From positions 2,790,001 through 2,854,000 of the forward strand of contig NC_134028.1 in NCBI RefSeq assembly GCF_964204645.1: a DNA stretch of 64,000 nt, read 5' to 3'. The translations under genes and the position numbers were made by a program. Under the pieces are notes generated by a model, which was not told the origin of the DNA, did not search any database, and saw only the letters and a program-made list of their open reading frames with translations. Shown here piece by piece: positions 13,201 to 25,251 of this stretch; positions within the stretch are counted from its first letter, which is position 1; each line of letters starts with the position of its first letter. The DNA is from Tubulanus polymorphus. Taxonomy: Eukaryota > Animalia > Nemertea.

Positions 13201-16200
13201 TATGTCGAATTCTACAGTTTACAGCAAAAATGAATGTAATTTTGCACGAGTGTTGAGGATATGTGTGGTCCCTACATCATTTTGGGGGAAACCAAACATG
13301 GAACGCCCCACATAGTAGTAATGAGACTGAAAAATGAATGTGATAATGATATAGGGTAATTTCATTTCCTTTATCATACAGGCATTAGTAATCTGAATGA
13401 CTGTGATAATTTCCCTGTTATCCCTTTTATTGGCCAATTATAATTACGCATTCGAAAAATATATTAAGTTATTCATTGTTCCTAGAACAAAGCCTTCTAT
13501 GATATCATATGGCACCGGATCTCTCTCGGTCGGTCGGTATTCCGGTAAATGCATTCTCCTATGTTTAGTCATTCAGTCCGAGGAATTTCTGTCTCCAAAC
13601 ATACATTTTTGCTCGAGACATTTTCTTGGTAACCGCCATGAAATGGGACGTATATATACCTATTTATATTCGTGTGAATAGCTATGAAATATGTTGCCTA
13701 TCTACGGTATTTTTCTGCGTATAAATGCAATGTTTTGTCTCATTTTTTAATTTCGTTTTGATAACATTATGTGTGTCGTTGTATGTACGCGTTGTATTAA
13801 ATGGGAAATGGCTTATTGACAAGAATGCAGTGAAAAGCCGAGCATGCATTACTAATGCCACCGGTTTTTCTAATGAAATGAATTATGCGCTTTCTAGTAT
13901 CGCCCTGTATGGACTACTTTATCAATTTATCAATGCCCAAAATAAACGAAATAAAACAATCTTGCATTGCTTGAATATTTGAGATGTTAATGTATTTTGT
14001 TATGGAGACGAGATTCCTTGCAGTCATAGCGCGTGATAAATTTATAGTCAATGGTTTTTTTTAAAGATGAATAGAAATTGTATGCTGAAGGCTGTACTTC
14101 ATTTTTACATAGCTTCACCTACACGTTTAAGCCCTTCTGCTGGATTCATGAAGAAGCGAGGATGCATGATTAGTTAGAGTTTGAATCCATTTGATGTTGG
14201 ATTCTTCCATGGAGCCTGAGTCTATTATTCTTCCCAGCTGTTCATTCATTCCCTTACCTCAAACTCGGGTTCAGATGACCTTTACAGTTTTACCTATATA
14301 CCTGCCTCCTCGACATGCTATTAGAAATGTTCATACGTTATACGTTACTTAGAGCTATGAGCATGAGATGACTGCTCGTAACTTAAGACTGCCTATTCAG
14401 GGCTTCTAGTGGACTAACCCAGGAAGAGTCACACATTCAGTCTCCGAAATTCAATATTTACAATGCCTTAGATGAATGCTTCGAATTTTTCAAAATTTTA
14501 CCTCTGATCCCAGTATACAATAAGTCTACAGTACTTAGATCTATGGGATAATGGTTCGGCAAACTGTCTAAGCTAGTCGATTTCATATATATCTAAACGT
14601 TGTCTGTTCTTGTTATTCATTTCTGAGAGAGGGAAATTTTTACATCATGCCGCGTAGACTGTTATAGATTTAAACTGATATATACCGACGTATGGCGTAT
14701 ATACCACGGTATACGCGTACCATATACCACCATATACCACGGTATACCACCAACCTCCTTACAACTTATATAACCTTCTCATTCAAGGTTATTATCCTCA
14801 CCTCCCAGATTTAGTTATATACGCAACCGTTCAGATACAACCCAACTAGGCTTCTTCGTTTCAACATTTCTCGATGATGTTTTTACATCAGGAAATCCTA
14901 TCATCGTGTAGTAACATAGAACATATTATACGTGTACTGGAACCCACATATTTGTTTTATTGAAAAAATGTTAATTTTTGTTCGGATTAAGTCGTTATTT
15001 ATCTTCAATATTTGTAGAAATGAACGAAGTTGTTAGCAAGACTGCTAATCATTTTCATAGATCGAAGAAAGAAAATTCCTGCATCATCGCAATTTGAATC
15101 ATTCGTTGATTTTCATGTTTTTTTCTCCACATTTTTATCGTTTCAGGCATATAATAATCCCGCTTCAAATTATTCCTCTTCACCAGCCTCAGGAATCGGT
15201 AGTCAAATGTCAAATCTTTCATTAAACAGGTTAGTTTCAATATCAAAAACGAGATGGCAGCACTATATAGACAATAATTTTGTTTATATCGCCCCGTGGT
15301 TAGTGCCGGGTATGTATATAGCGAAAAAGCGTAGAAATATTAGACTTTTAGGAAATTAACTCGCAGTAGTTTGTCATGCAAATGATTGCATGTGATAGTA
15401 GATAATTGCCAGCTCAAGAAGCATGATAAATTTTCATTCAGTTGCATAAAGATCTCTTTAAGTTATTTTCCAATATTTTCATTTGTATTATTTTCAATTT
15501 CGTGCTGACCAGTGGATAAGGAAGTGATAACCTTTAGTTAAGTTAGAATATATATCATTCATGGATTTCATTTTGTTTATGTTTCAGATCTCCGCAGCCA
15601 TTCAGATCTTATGAAGACACTTCTCCAGGTCTGCATCAAAAAATGATTATTGTACTTACTAAATATAATTTGAAAATGTTTGAAATAGACGAAAAAAATA
15701 TTGAAGCCAATTTCCAATTATGAATAATAAGTGAACATAATGAAAGGGGACCCGTGGGGCGGGGAAGTTTTCCATCAAAATCTCGAGGAAAAATTGTGAT
15801 GAATGTAAATGTTTCAGAACCCATAAAAGTGAACGTTAATGTAGAAGTTGTGGCACCCTCGTCTGACGAGGGCGCCACTGTTCCCGTCGTCGTGCAAACA
15901 TCGCAATACAATTCACCGATCGGACTTTATTCGGCTGACAATACGACGCAGAGCCTCGAAAAGAGCAAAATCGATAATCGGTAATGAATGAATGAAACCT
16001 CATCGGGAATCTTCTGTACTTACTAGTATGTAAGAATTACGTGCATGGGATCCTTATATTCCCAGTTCTCGAATAGCTGACCGAATAGACACCTGAACCT
16101 ACCTTGAAAATCTAGGTTATTCAGGAATATTCTGTTACTGGGTTCTTTTGGGTTTTCATGCGAAATTCTTACATCTTTTGTAATCATGCTTAATGCCTAT

Positions 16201-19200
16201 ATGCTTCATAATCATCCATTATTTCAGGGAATGTGGTATCAATGGTTCGGTCTGTTCTTTCGCTTGCGTCTTTTATTGAAAATTCAGCAAATTTCATAAA
16301 AATAATTTTTATAGCATCTTTCTCGGTGTACTTTTCATTATTTTCGATTTTTGACTCGAAATATTTAGTTGTTAAATAATCCAAATATTCAGATAAGCAT
16401 AAGTGAAAATAACGGACCTTGTTATTGGTATAAATGGTCACTCAGAGGAAGGCATGGAGTCTATGTATATCATTATATATCTATATTTGATTATTTAGGT
16501 TATGGAGGTGGTGCGCCATATCATCCAAGGTAGCAAAAACTTGTTGTGCGAAAAAGTGTTGTTATTTTTTCCCCCTTTTTCAAGATTTCGTCGCTTATTT
16601 TTTGTGCCTTTGGCATTTTTAATCGAGAGAAATTTCTATATATCATCATGGCTTGGAACTTGTGGATTTGACGAAAATCTGATTGGAATTAATGCTGTGA
16701 AAATCGATGTTTAATTTCATCAAATTCTTAAGTTTTCATATTTGAGAAGTTTTTGCATACATTTTGAATATACAGTAAACTCTGCTCAAGTTGGATCTTT
16801 TGGGGTCGTAAAAATGTGTCCGACTTAAGTGATATCTGAGTTGAATATTATGTATTTCATATATAGTGTCACAAAAGATATTTGAAAAAACATCCGAGTT
16901 GAACGGATCCGACTTGGGCTGAGTCTAATGGTTATACTTATACTGGGTTTTCTATGTTTATTTTCGTTCTGATTGAATATTATTTTCAATACTTATCTCT
17001 TCTTATCCTTTACCTTAATCAACTATTTTCTGTATACAACATATCTCTTAGTTTGCTTTTAGATTTAGTAAAAATGTCTTGCTTTTTCACTCTTTTCACA
17101 ATTCATGAGTAAATGTTATTTTGTCCATAGATATCAATGAAATCCCCATACAATGTATATTACAGGGCCTATAGATATTTACACATTTTAATTTTGTCTT
17201 TGAAAATGATATTCAATTTAATGCACGTTTGTTCATGATAAACCTTTACAATGAACTTCACCAATTGTGAAAAAATCATCAATACCATAAATATCTTCAT
17301 CATAATTAATTCTTTCGATTATTTATTGGTGAAAGTCATTTAGAACTGAATTTCGATATCTAGTTTTTATTACTAAACGGATTGATTTGCATGGCATTGC
17401 TTATTTTATATAAACCATAGGAAAAGTCCAACATTTGAGCAAAATTCCATTAAGAAGAAATCGCCGCCGACCGAAGCGCCCCCACCTGTACCAGAGATTC
17501 CCCCTCCGGTACCGCCACCGCCTAGCAACATGACCAACGGTAAGCCGGGGGTTGTGGTTAGTTCAGAGACGTTGAAACTGATTAAACAAGAAGATGAAGG
17601 TGTGGATGATAAACAGGATGTTACAACACATTCACGTACATTCCGTTTATTACAACAACAATTAGACAGGTATTAAACACACTTGGATTCATTCGGGCAA
17701 AATGCCTGCCTTAGCTGTTAAAAATCACTTCAATGGCAAATGGGAACTTTTGCATTATCCTTACTTTTCTGGCGCCATCAGATACCATCTATGAAAGCAT
17801 TTTAGATGCTGTTTTGCCTGATAGAATGCAGAGTTAGAGTTTATTGCTCCAAATGTTTTGCATGCTGGCTGCCAGATTTAAACTAGATTTCAAATGTTCG
17901 ATTTTTAACGGATTGTTAAAAATGAATTGAAAATATGCTCGCCGTCTGTAACATACGTACCCGTATATTATTATTCTGTCTGCATGTTGGATGTTGAATG
18001 AACTTTCATTTCTTTTAGCCTAAAGTAGATTTGATAAACTATTGTCTCGACTAAAAATTTCTTCTTGTTGCTAAATATTAAATCTTTTTATCTGAATCAA
18101 TTGAATAATCTTCTATCAATGTAGGCAATATCGGAAAATTCTTTAATCACACTATTATTATATTATTATATGATCTGTTTTGACGCATCTTATTGAACTG
18201 GTATGGCGCCATGACCCAGAAATGCTATGAATTACTGGAAAAAAATATTCATTCGCATCTTATTCTAGAAACCTACTTAAATAAATTGTTTGGCACTAAT
18301 ATCTCTTTTTGAATTTCATTTTCAGTGGAACTTACAACCCTCAAGGTGAGTGTTAAACTTGAATTTGACTGCGTTTACAGAATAGGAACCCAGACCTGAC
18401 TACCAATACTATTTGAGAGTAGAAACTACTATTTTAAGAGCTCAATTACTGCCAAAATTATCTAAATCCTCTAAAAATCAGAATAATTTCTAGTTCATTT
18501 CCAATTAAATTACTATTTTCGATCTGAAATTGTGGTCAAAACTACTACTATGTGAGACGCAGCGGTAGTCGGGTCTGGGAACCTAGTTCTCGCATTACTG
18601 GGTGCCTTGTTTAAGCTGTTGACATTTGATATGTTATGAACATGGTGTGGTATCTTACAGAACATCCCGGTGGAAAACGAATGTCACCGATTCTTACGAA
18701 AGAACGCAGCGAATCTCCCAAATCACAGTCTAAATTTGTTCCTAAACAATACAATTCACCTATCGGGCTTTACTCGGCTGAAAACGCCGCTTCAGATAGC
18801 GTGCAGCAATGGAAATCTATCAACCCGTAAGAATAAACTCAGCTGGTGGTGGAACTCAAATATATATATATATATATATATCAACCAACTACTCTTCTCT
18901 TATTTTTGGATTGATAACTGCAATACTGAGTTCATTTGTGGACGAATTCAATTCATCTCAACGTTTTGCAGTTTTCAACTTCAAATTCCTGCTGCCCATG
19001 GTTTACCAGCTTATCACATTCTATCTCTCCTATAACCTCTTGGCAGGCGTGGATCTACCAGGGTGCTAGGAGCACACCCCCTTCTCATTCAAAATCCTGG
19101 ATCCGCCCCTGCTTAGATCACTCAGTTTCTAGTAATTTCCGATAGTTATTGGTTATTTCAAAAGCATATAATTGACTCGTTAATGTAACTGATAACTACC

Positions 19201-22200
19201 GGTTTGAGAAACTGTGTGGAGTGGGCTCTAATTACATATGTATATTATAATCTATCAGCACTTGTAAATTTAAGCTATCCCTAACATTTCAGGAAACCCA
19301 CCTTGGCATAAGAGGTATTGTAAAATAGCACTAGATATTCGTAGTTGAAGCTTTTCTGTTTTTATTGTCTCACCCGGATATTTTCAACTCCCCACGTTCT
19401 GTATTTGATGCATACTCAAGATTTGCATTATTTGGAATATTTTACCTCCTATGTTATTTATCACAGCGTTGACATGCAACGATATCATGAATCTAAATTA
19501 TCAATATCGCAATTTTCTCCATTGAAGGGTGATAAATTTTGTGAAATGTTGTCATGCCATATTATTTGCATGCATTTTTCCAAAAATGGATACAAAGAAA
19601 GCATGATAAGATAAATGCTATATTCATTCGTGAAGTTTTTCTAAAAAGATGAATGGCCAAAATAATTTCAGGAATAAAATACCCCCAGTCAGTAATAAAG
19701 CCACGAAATACGGCTCAAAAGATGAATGGGCTTAGTAAGTACGGACGGTGTATAGAGGTTGTAGTCCGTAGCTGTTTATGGTGTGTCTTGGCTGTGAATA
19801 TATTGCAGTCATCTTCACTTTTCTAGCAGTGTAGAGGTCAAAGTTTCACTAAGAAATATCCTTTGATATTCTGGGGCCAGCGCCTCGGTTGTTAGTCTGG
19901 GTCAAGTGATGATGATATGCAGCTAAATTATAGGTTGCTGACAATATCTAGAAATCATTCAGACTTTAACCCGAGTGAACACAATAGATTATATACTGAT
20001 TCAATGATCTATATAGTTATTGAAACACTTATCCATAAGAATTATGATTAAGAGAAATCCCACAATTGATGTCTAATAGTTCAAATTTCGTAAATGTGCT
20101 GAGACTACAATGTTTCAACTTCATTAGTGGGATTTTTCTTAATTTATGTGATGCATTGATGTTTTTTGTATTAATGTCTAAAATGCATGATTTTGAACAA
20201 TATTCATTGTCCTGACATGTGATTTATCGTTTCTCAGTAATTAACTCAGAACTTGCATGAGAATTTGATTGTAATTTAATGATTTGATTACCTGTTTCTT
20301 TATTAGCCACCTAATTAACCGCATTATTTTTGCATGTTTGTTGTCTTTAGATCTACTAACTCTGAAACACCTAGTGACACAAAACCGGATGGTACGAAAA
20401 TCTATCGGCCATCGGAAACCTACAAACTCGTTAAGGAGCAAGAATCGGTGAAATCACCTCGGAAATCACCAGTCAATGCGAAAGGCGATTCGCCACCGGC
20501 TTCGTCACCAAAAATGGGACGTACGATGCGCCACCTACAAATACAGCTTGACGCGCAAGAATTTCAGCCAGTTACCGTTCAGAAAAATGTATACAGACAG
20601 AAAGATGAGGAAACAAATAACAATGCACCGCAGACGATTACACAAACTACATTTACGAGTGAACCAGTTCGACCCCCACTACCGCAGTTCTCAACCGCTA
20701 AACCATACAGTGCGCCTAAACCTGCGTTCGCGAGTGGGCCGGTTAAATTTGAACCGGTGGCCGCACCATTACAACAGAAATCTTACTCGAGTTTCAATCC
20801 AAATACTAGTTTTACGAGTGACCCCCTCAAAATGGAGCCCTTGGCACCGCCTTTAGATCAAAGTGCCTCAGAGTTTGGGTAGGATGATTGTATGAAAATT
20901 ACTTCAACGACATTCACTATTTCTCATTCACTGTTACTCTCTATCCAAATTAACTTTTTCTCATTGATTTCTTAATGTTTATCTCTTAATAATATAAGTG
21001 CCTACTGGTAATAAAACCAGTATTATTTGAGATTTTGAAAAAATGATAAGACTTAATGAAATATTGATACAATGCGATACAATGAATTTGAACAGAATCC
21101 TTGTGTATTTTTTGTAGCCTGAATGAACCTGGTCGAGACTACAATCAAATGCACGTCGGTCCAGGAGGAGGTGGATATCACGGAGCTCCTACCCACGCTC
21201 CTCCACCATTACCCCAGGCACCTGCTCCAAAATGGAGTCCGGCTAGCAGTGCTCCTCCGGCGAGAGGCCCTGCTGCACCCGGAGGCACTAGAGGAAACCC
21301 TAGGTTTGGTAAGAAAGGCGATGCTGCACTGAGAACTGATTCTGCTACTAGAATCCCGGTTTGTCATGGATGCAGCGCTCCTATCAGGTAAATCGAAGTT
21401 CAACCAAATTATCAATATGTCACAGAAAATCCAAAAAAAATTGTTGAATTTTTCATTTTGTTTATGTTTTTAGGGGGCCTTTTGTCTTGGCCTTGGGTCA
21501 GAGTTGGTGTCCGGATCATTTCACGTGTGCTAACTGTAATGTGAAACTGATTGATATTGGATTTATTGAGATTGATGGCCGTCTGTACTGTGAACGCGAT
21601 TATGAACAATATTTTGCCCCTCACTGCACAAAATGTAAACAAACCATCGTCGGAGTACGTATTACTTGAAATGTCAGAATGATTTCGATTTTGAAAATGT
21701 TGTCCCTCGTTAATGAATGTTAAACGATATTTATTTAAGGATTGTGTGAATGCTTTAAGTCAAACATGGCATCCTCACTGTTTCCTTTGCACTCATTGTC
21801 GTCAGCCAATTGGAAGCGGAGGCTTCCACATGGAGGAAGGTCTGCCTTACTGTGAGAAAGGTGAGAACTCGGAGAACTCATTATTTATGGATAGAAGATC
21901 GTCCAAAGATACTTTTTGCGCCTTTAATCCATGCAAAACTCTTTTAAGATTGATCTAGTGGTACATGTATTGCGTTTTCAGATTGGGCTGAGATGTTCCA
22001 GATGAAATGCAATGGTTGTCAGTTCCCCATCGAACCCGGTGACAGATGGGTTGAAGCCATTGGCCAGAATTTCCATTCAGAATGTTTCAATTGTTCGGTA
22101 AGTTCGGTCTAAGTAACTTTCAAACTTTTCATTCCAAAAAACCTCATAGGCATATCACTTTGACATATACCCCTTGATTTGAGCTTCACTGGTATAACTT

Positions 22201-22306
22201 TTAATATCTTTTTCTGTAGGCTTGTCAGGTGAACTTGGAAGGATCAGCATTCTGTGCTAAGAATGGCAAACCTTACTGCAAGAAACACGCCTCTGGGCGC
22301 TTCTAA
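7117..22306 (+). CDS. Zasp: Zasp/Enigma-family PDZ and LIM domain protein (Zasp52/LDB3/PDLIM5/7-like), whole gene span; longest traced isoform 792 aa
   Basis: join(7117-7230,8597-8748,11409-11496,15147-15229,15588-15628,15818-15980,17421-17669,18326-18345,18661-18826,20351-20878,21118-21387,21474-21654,21740-21860,21982-22097,22220-22306) = 2379 nt, all GT-AG and phase-consistent. Contains PDZ (PWGFRLQGGKDF), 2x QYNSPIGLYS ZM motif and 3 LIM domains. Confidence 0.92.
8489..8498. promoter_or_regulatory. CArG box in PDZ-LIM intron 1
   Basis: CCAAATATGG, identical to the promoter copy. Confidence 0.45.
8597..8748 (+). CDS. Zasp: PDZ-LIM exon 2 (PDZ C-half)
   Basis: ttccag|VTPGSLADKCGLKAGDVVAKISGVDTTSVFHKEAQQAVINSGNYLELVLQR|gtacgg; not in the ORF track. 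Confidence 0.93.
11115..11131 (+). CDS. Zasp: Candidate internal first coding exon (MYPFR-R), PDZ-less isoform
   Basis: ATG TAT CCT TTT CGT CG|gtaagt, phase 2, in frame with exon 3 at 11409; (CT)n tract at ~10890-10915 and TCAGT initiator-like motifs upstream. Confidence 0.5.
11409..11496 (+). CDS. Zasp: PDZ-LIM exon 3
   Basis: tttcag|(R)GGASSYYAPDSYSYPTFSEAAQPSPYSSQ|gtaagt, phase 2 to 0. Confidence 0.82.
11968..12098. repeat. Compound (CT)n/(CCCTCT)n polypyrimidine microsatellite
   Basis: ~130 bp almost purely C/T. Confidence 0.95.
15147..15229 (+). CDS. Zasp: PDZ-LIM exon 4
   Basis: tttcag|AYNNPASNYSSSPASGIGSQMSNLSLN(R)|gttagt, phase 0 to 2. Confidence 0.8.
15588..15628 (+). CDS. Zasp: PDZ-LIM exon 5 (41 nt)
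   Basis: tttcag|SPQPFRSYEDTSP|gtctgc, phase 2 to 1; needed to bridge phases. Confidence 0.72.
15818..15980 (+). CDS. Zasp: PDZ-LIM ZM exon 1 (Zasp-like motif)
   Basis: EPIKVNVNVEVV...VVVQTSQYNSPIGLYSADNTTQSLEKSKIDNR|gtaatg, phase 1 to 2. Confidence 0.87.
16499..16529 (+). CDS. Zasp: Candidate 31-nt alternative exon (GYGGGAPYHP), same phases as ZM exon 1
   Basis: tatttag|GT TAT GGA GGT GGT GCG CCA TAT CAT CCA AG|gtagca; G/Y/P composition matches neighbouring exons. Confidence 0.6.
16773..16930. mobile_element. Decayed Tc1/mariner-type MITE
   Basis: TA|cagtaaactctgctcaagttggatc ... gatccgacttgggctgagtctaatg: imperfect ~25-bp TIRs and internal ccgactt/ccgagtt repeats. Confidence 0.55.
17421..17669 (+). 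CDS. Zasp: PDZ-LIM Pro-rich + ALP-like motif (AM) exon 1
   Basis: ccatag|KSPTFEQ...PPPVPEIPPPVPPPPS...SETLKLIKQED...HSRTFRLLQQQLD|gtatta, phase 2 to 2; the SRxFRxLQ signature of the ALP/Enigma AM motif. Confidence 0.85.
18326..18345 (+). CDS. Zasp: 20-nt microexon (SGTYNPQ)
   Basis: Long polypyrimidine tract, ttttcag|T GGA ACT TAC AAC CCT CAA G|gtgagt, phase 2 to 1. Confidence 0.75.
18389..18579. mobile_element. MITE family A, copy 1
   Basis: TIRs cccagacctgactacc / ggtagtcgggtctggg (15/16); related copies at ~50284-50458 and ~53683-53860. Confidence 0.75.
18661..18826 (+). CDS. Zasp: PDZ-LIM ZM exon 2
   Basis: ttacag|EHPGGKRMSPILTKERSESPKSQSKFVPKQYNSPIGLYSAENAASDSVQQWKSINP|gtaaga, phase 1 to 2. 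Confidence 0.87.
19044..19111. mobile_element. Very short MITE, CAGG...CCTG termini
   Basis: caggcgtggatc ... gatccgcccctg; flanks cttgg / cttag (4/5 match, possible 5-bp TSD). Confidence 0.6.
19293..19314 (+). CDS. Zasp: Candidate 22-nt alternative microexon (GNPPWHK), same phases as ZM exon 2
   Basis: ctaacatttcag|GA AAC CCA CCT TGG CAT AAG AG|gtattg. Confidence 0.55.
20351..20878 (+). CDS. Zasp: PDZ-LIM AM exon 2 + linker
   Basis: ctttag|STNSETP...SETYKLVKEQE...GRTMRHLQIQLD...SASEFG|gtagga, phase 2 to 2. Confidence 0.85.
21118..21387 (+). CDS. Zasp: PDZ-LIM Pro/Gly linker and start of LIM1
   Basis: LNEPGRDY...KKGDAALRTDSATRIPVCHGCSAPIR|gtaaat. Confidence 0.92.
21474..21654 (+). CDS. Zasp: PDZ-LIM LIM1/LIM2 exon
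   Basis: GPFVLALGQSWCPDHFTCANCNVKLIDIGFIEIDGRLYCERDYEQYFAPHCTKCKQTIVG|gtacgt. Confidence 0.95.
21740..21860 (+). CDS. Zasp: PDZ-LIM LIM2 exon
   Basis: DCVNALSQTWHPHCFLCTHCRQPIGSGGFHMEEGLPYCEK|gtgaga. Confidence 0.95.
21982..22097 (+). CDS. Zasp: PDZ-LIM LIM3 exon
   Basis: DWAEMFQMKCNGCQFPIEPGDRWVEAIGQNFHSECFNCS|gtaagt. Confidence 0.95.
22220..22306 (+). CDS. Zasp: PDZ-LIM last coding exon
   Basis: ctgtag|ACQVNLEGSAFCAKNGKPYCKKHASGRF*. Confidence 0.95.
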   Translation, partial: ACQVNLEGSAFCAKNGKPYCKKHASGRF

Positions 22307-24758
22307 ACCTTGTCAACCCACTACAGATTAAATTGTGCGTTGTTCTTAAAAACTTTGCGTGGAGTGGTTGCGCCGAATGCGAATACAAAGCTAATGTATG
22401 AGCAAAAGGCGGATTTCGCCTAAGTCAAAAAGGGATTGTGTTGATTGTAGCCACATTGTGTGTGATGAAACTTAGACAACAGGGAAGACAATTTTTTTAA
22501 GAGAGATATTGGTGCCTTTTGCGCTGTTAATTTATTGTAGTGAGTTATACATAAAAGAGAATTAACTTTATAGCTGTATTATTATTTTTATTCACTGATT
22601 TGTTTAAATCCATTTGTGTGATGAATAATATTATATCTGATGAATATATATATACATATATATAAAGTTTACGATGCATGTCTAATTTTTATTGTTCAGA
22701 TCTGGGTTTATTGAACTGTGAATTTTTTAAATCTTTTCACATCTGTCTTATATAGCGCTATTTGGGTTGATTATTCTTATGGTATGAGTGCTATAATTTA
22801 CGCTGATATTATAAAAAGTCTTAAAAAAATGTGTCTATAGAAATGCTTTGTCATTGCCAAAAGTAAATATAATTACCTATAAAGATAGTTATTTGTACAT
22901 AGACTTTCAGCTTCTTTGCTAAGATGATGATATTGTTGGTTTAATCTGCGTCGTGCTGAATATGCTTGTATAATACTTCAGATTAAAGAATATATACGCT
23001 TTCAATATGGATAATATTAAAGACAATTACTGAATATCTTTCAAATACAAACAGTAGTATTCTTATTCAATATAGGAGAAGCTATAATTATAATATGTTG
23101 ATATAGCGCTCGAGCCCTTGTATTAGATATGATTTAAAAGTGTGTACTGCTTAGTTTCTACCAAGTCTTCCATACATATTAATGATTGATACGTTAAGAT
23201 TCTCTACACTGGATACACTGACTACACTGAGATGTTTTGTCAATGCATTGAAATTATTGTAATTCATTTCGTTGTTATAAAATGGTCACTAATATCTGTT
23301 AACAAGCTGTTGAGAATGTTATTTCTGAATGGATTTATGTAAGTTAGAATTCCATTCAGATATTTCAATGGTTATATGTATAATTGGTACGCTGTTATGC
23401 ACGTCCATCACATCCAAAGTAAATCATTTTCATAAAAGTTTTGATTATTACAGTTGTTACACAAGTATTTTGTATGATGTGCGATTGATAAAATCACTTG
23501 CCAATTGTATCACAAACTGTTTTTACTTATTAGGTGGAAATAGAAATCCCTGCTGATAATAGTATGTTTGAATACATCGTTATACCCTAATAAATATTGC
23601 TTCTAAAATAAACTATTGGCTACTAAATATGGTGGATTGTTTTTTATTCTCATCGCTGCACTCCCGAAGATAAGCTAGAGAATTCGCGTTGCTGATACCA
23701 CCGCCACCTTTTGGAATTTTTGTGAACTATGAAAAAGAAACGACCGAAATTTTACAGGACCCGTTCATGCATAATTACTTTAGTTCGCAGGATTTCCGCT
23801 AGGGGACCGTATGGTGCTGCCACCAGTTTGTACGCGACATTTGCTTGTTTTTTTCTAAATTGTATCCACGCAACATTTGCTTTTTTTTCCTAATTTGTAT
23901 CCATAGCTGTATTTCGTATCTCGCAGTTGAAGATGGGCGTTAATGACACCACCTCCACCTTATGGAATTTTTGTGAACTATGAAAAAAGCGACCGAAACT
24001 TGTTCTTACGGACACCGTCCATGCATTATTACTTGAATTCGCAGAATTCCCGCTAGGGGCCGTTTGGTGCTGCCACCAAGTTTGAACATGACATTTACAT
24101 GTTTTTTCTTTCAATTTGTATCCATCTGTCCGTCGTAGAAGGGGAACTGATTATCCGTCTGTCCTGATGTATGGGAATAGAACCAAATAATAACTAAACC
24201 ACAATTGTTTTAAATACAATATGCTTTCAAAGCACACATTAATTATTATCGATAACATTGCTCCAGTGATCACTATAAAAACGCCAGTGACTGACACAGG
24301 ATAAACACAGAGCAAACTCTTTACTACAAAAATAAATTGCCACACTTGTATACGCTGAAAGCTAGGATTACTGTTTTTTTTCCAATTTTTTATCAGACAC
24401 AAGCTTCCTCTATATTATAATTACTATGTGTATTTACATCATTTGAAGATCAAAGAAAACAGTGTCATAAGAACAATCAGTGAGAGAAATCTAACAAAAC
24501 GATTCTGTGACTGGAAAGATCTATTCTTCCATGTCCTACAGCAATAATTATTCAATTCTAACCCACTAAATCTGATGAATTCTGACGTTTCTGCCAAGAA
24601 TGTAATTCCTTCATGAAAGTAAATATTTCAGGAAGCTGGTATCGAATTAGAGCAATGTTACTGAAGGCAGTTAACTTGCTTTCCACAGAATGGCAAAAAA
24701 TCCTTTTTAACAAAAATTTGGTGTCGAGTAAACACATTTTTAAATACAGATATATATC

Positions 24759-25251
24759 AGCTTTCAGCGTATACAAGTGTGGCAATTTATTTTTGTAGTA
24801 AAGAGTTTGCTCTGTGTTTATCCTGTGTCAGTTTCTGACGTTTTGTATAGTGACCACTGGAGCAATGTTATTGATAATAAATAATGATTAATGTGTGCTT
24901 TGAAAGTATTTTGTATTTAAAACAATTGTCTTAGTTATTTTTGGTTCTATTCCCATTCATCATGAGACAGACGATTAATCAGTTCCCCTTCTACCAAGAA
25001 CAGATGGATACAAATTTTCAAAAAACAAGCAAATGTCACGTTCAAACTGGGTGGCAGCACCATACGGTCCCCTAGCGGCAATTCTGCGAACTAAAGTAAT
25101 AATGAATGGACGGTGTCCCGTAAGAACACGTTTCGGTCGTTTCTTTTTCATAGTTCACAAAAATTCCAAAAGATGGAGGTGGTGTCACCAACGCGAATTC
25201 TCTGGTTTCATCTAGCTTATCTTCAGGAGTGCAGTGATGAAAATAAAAACA
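24759..25251 (-). repeat. Inverted copy of part of the array unit (arm 1)
   Basis: agctttcagcgtatacaagtgtgg...gatgaaaataaaaaca is the reverse complement of tgtttttattctcatc...cacttgtatacgctgaaagct (forward copy 23638-24363). Confidence 0.95.

Noticed and set aside
14113-14177. Possible exon after acceptor ttacatag (ASPTRLSPSAGFMKKRG...)
   Set aside because: It runs into a stop and lacks a convincing in-phase donor.
14688-14750. Repeated tataccac motifs
   Set aside because: Short degenerate repeat, probably a TE-end relic; no partner TIR found.
24340-24370. Helitron tandem array (CTAG in gctgaaagctag)
   Set aside because: No GC-rich subterminal hairpin, CTAG is not followed by T, and unit junctions map to ATAAT shared with the unique flanks instead.
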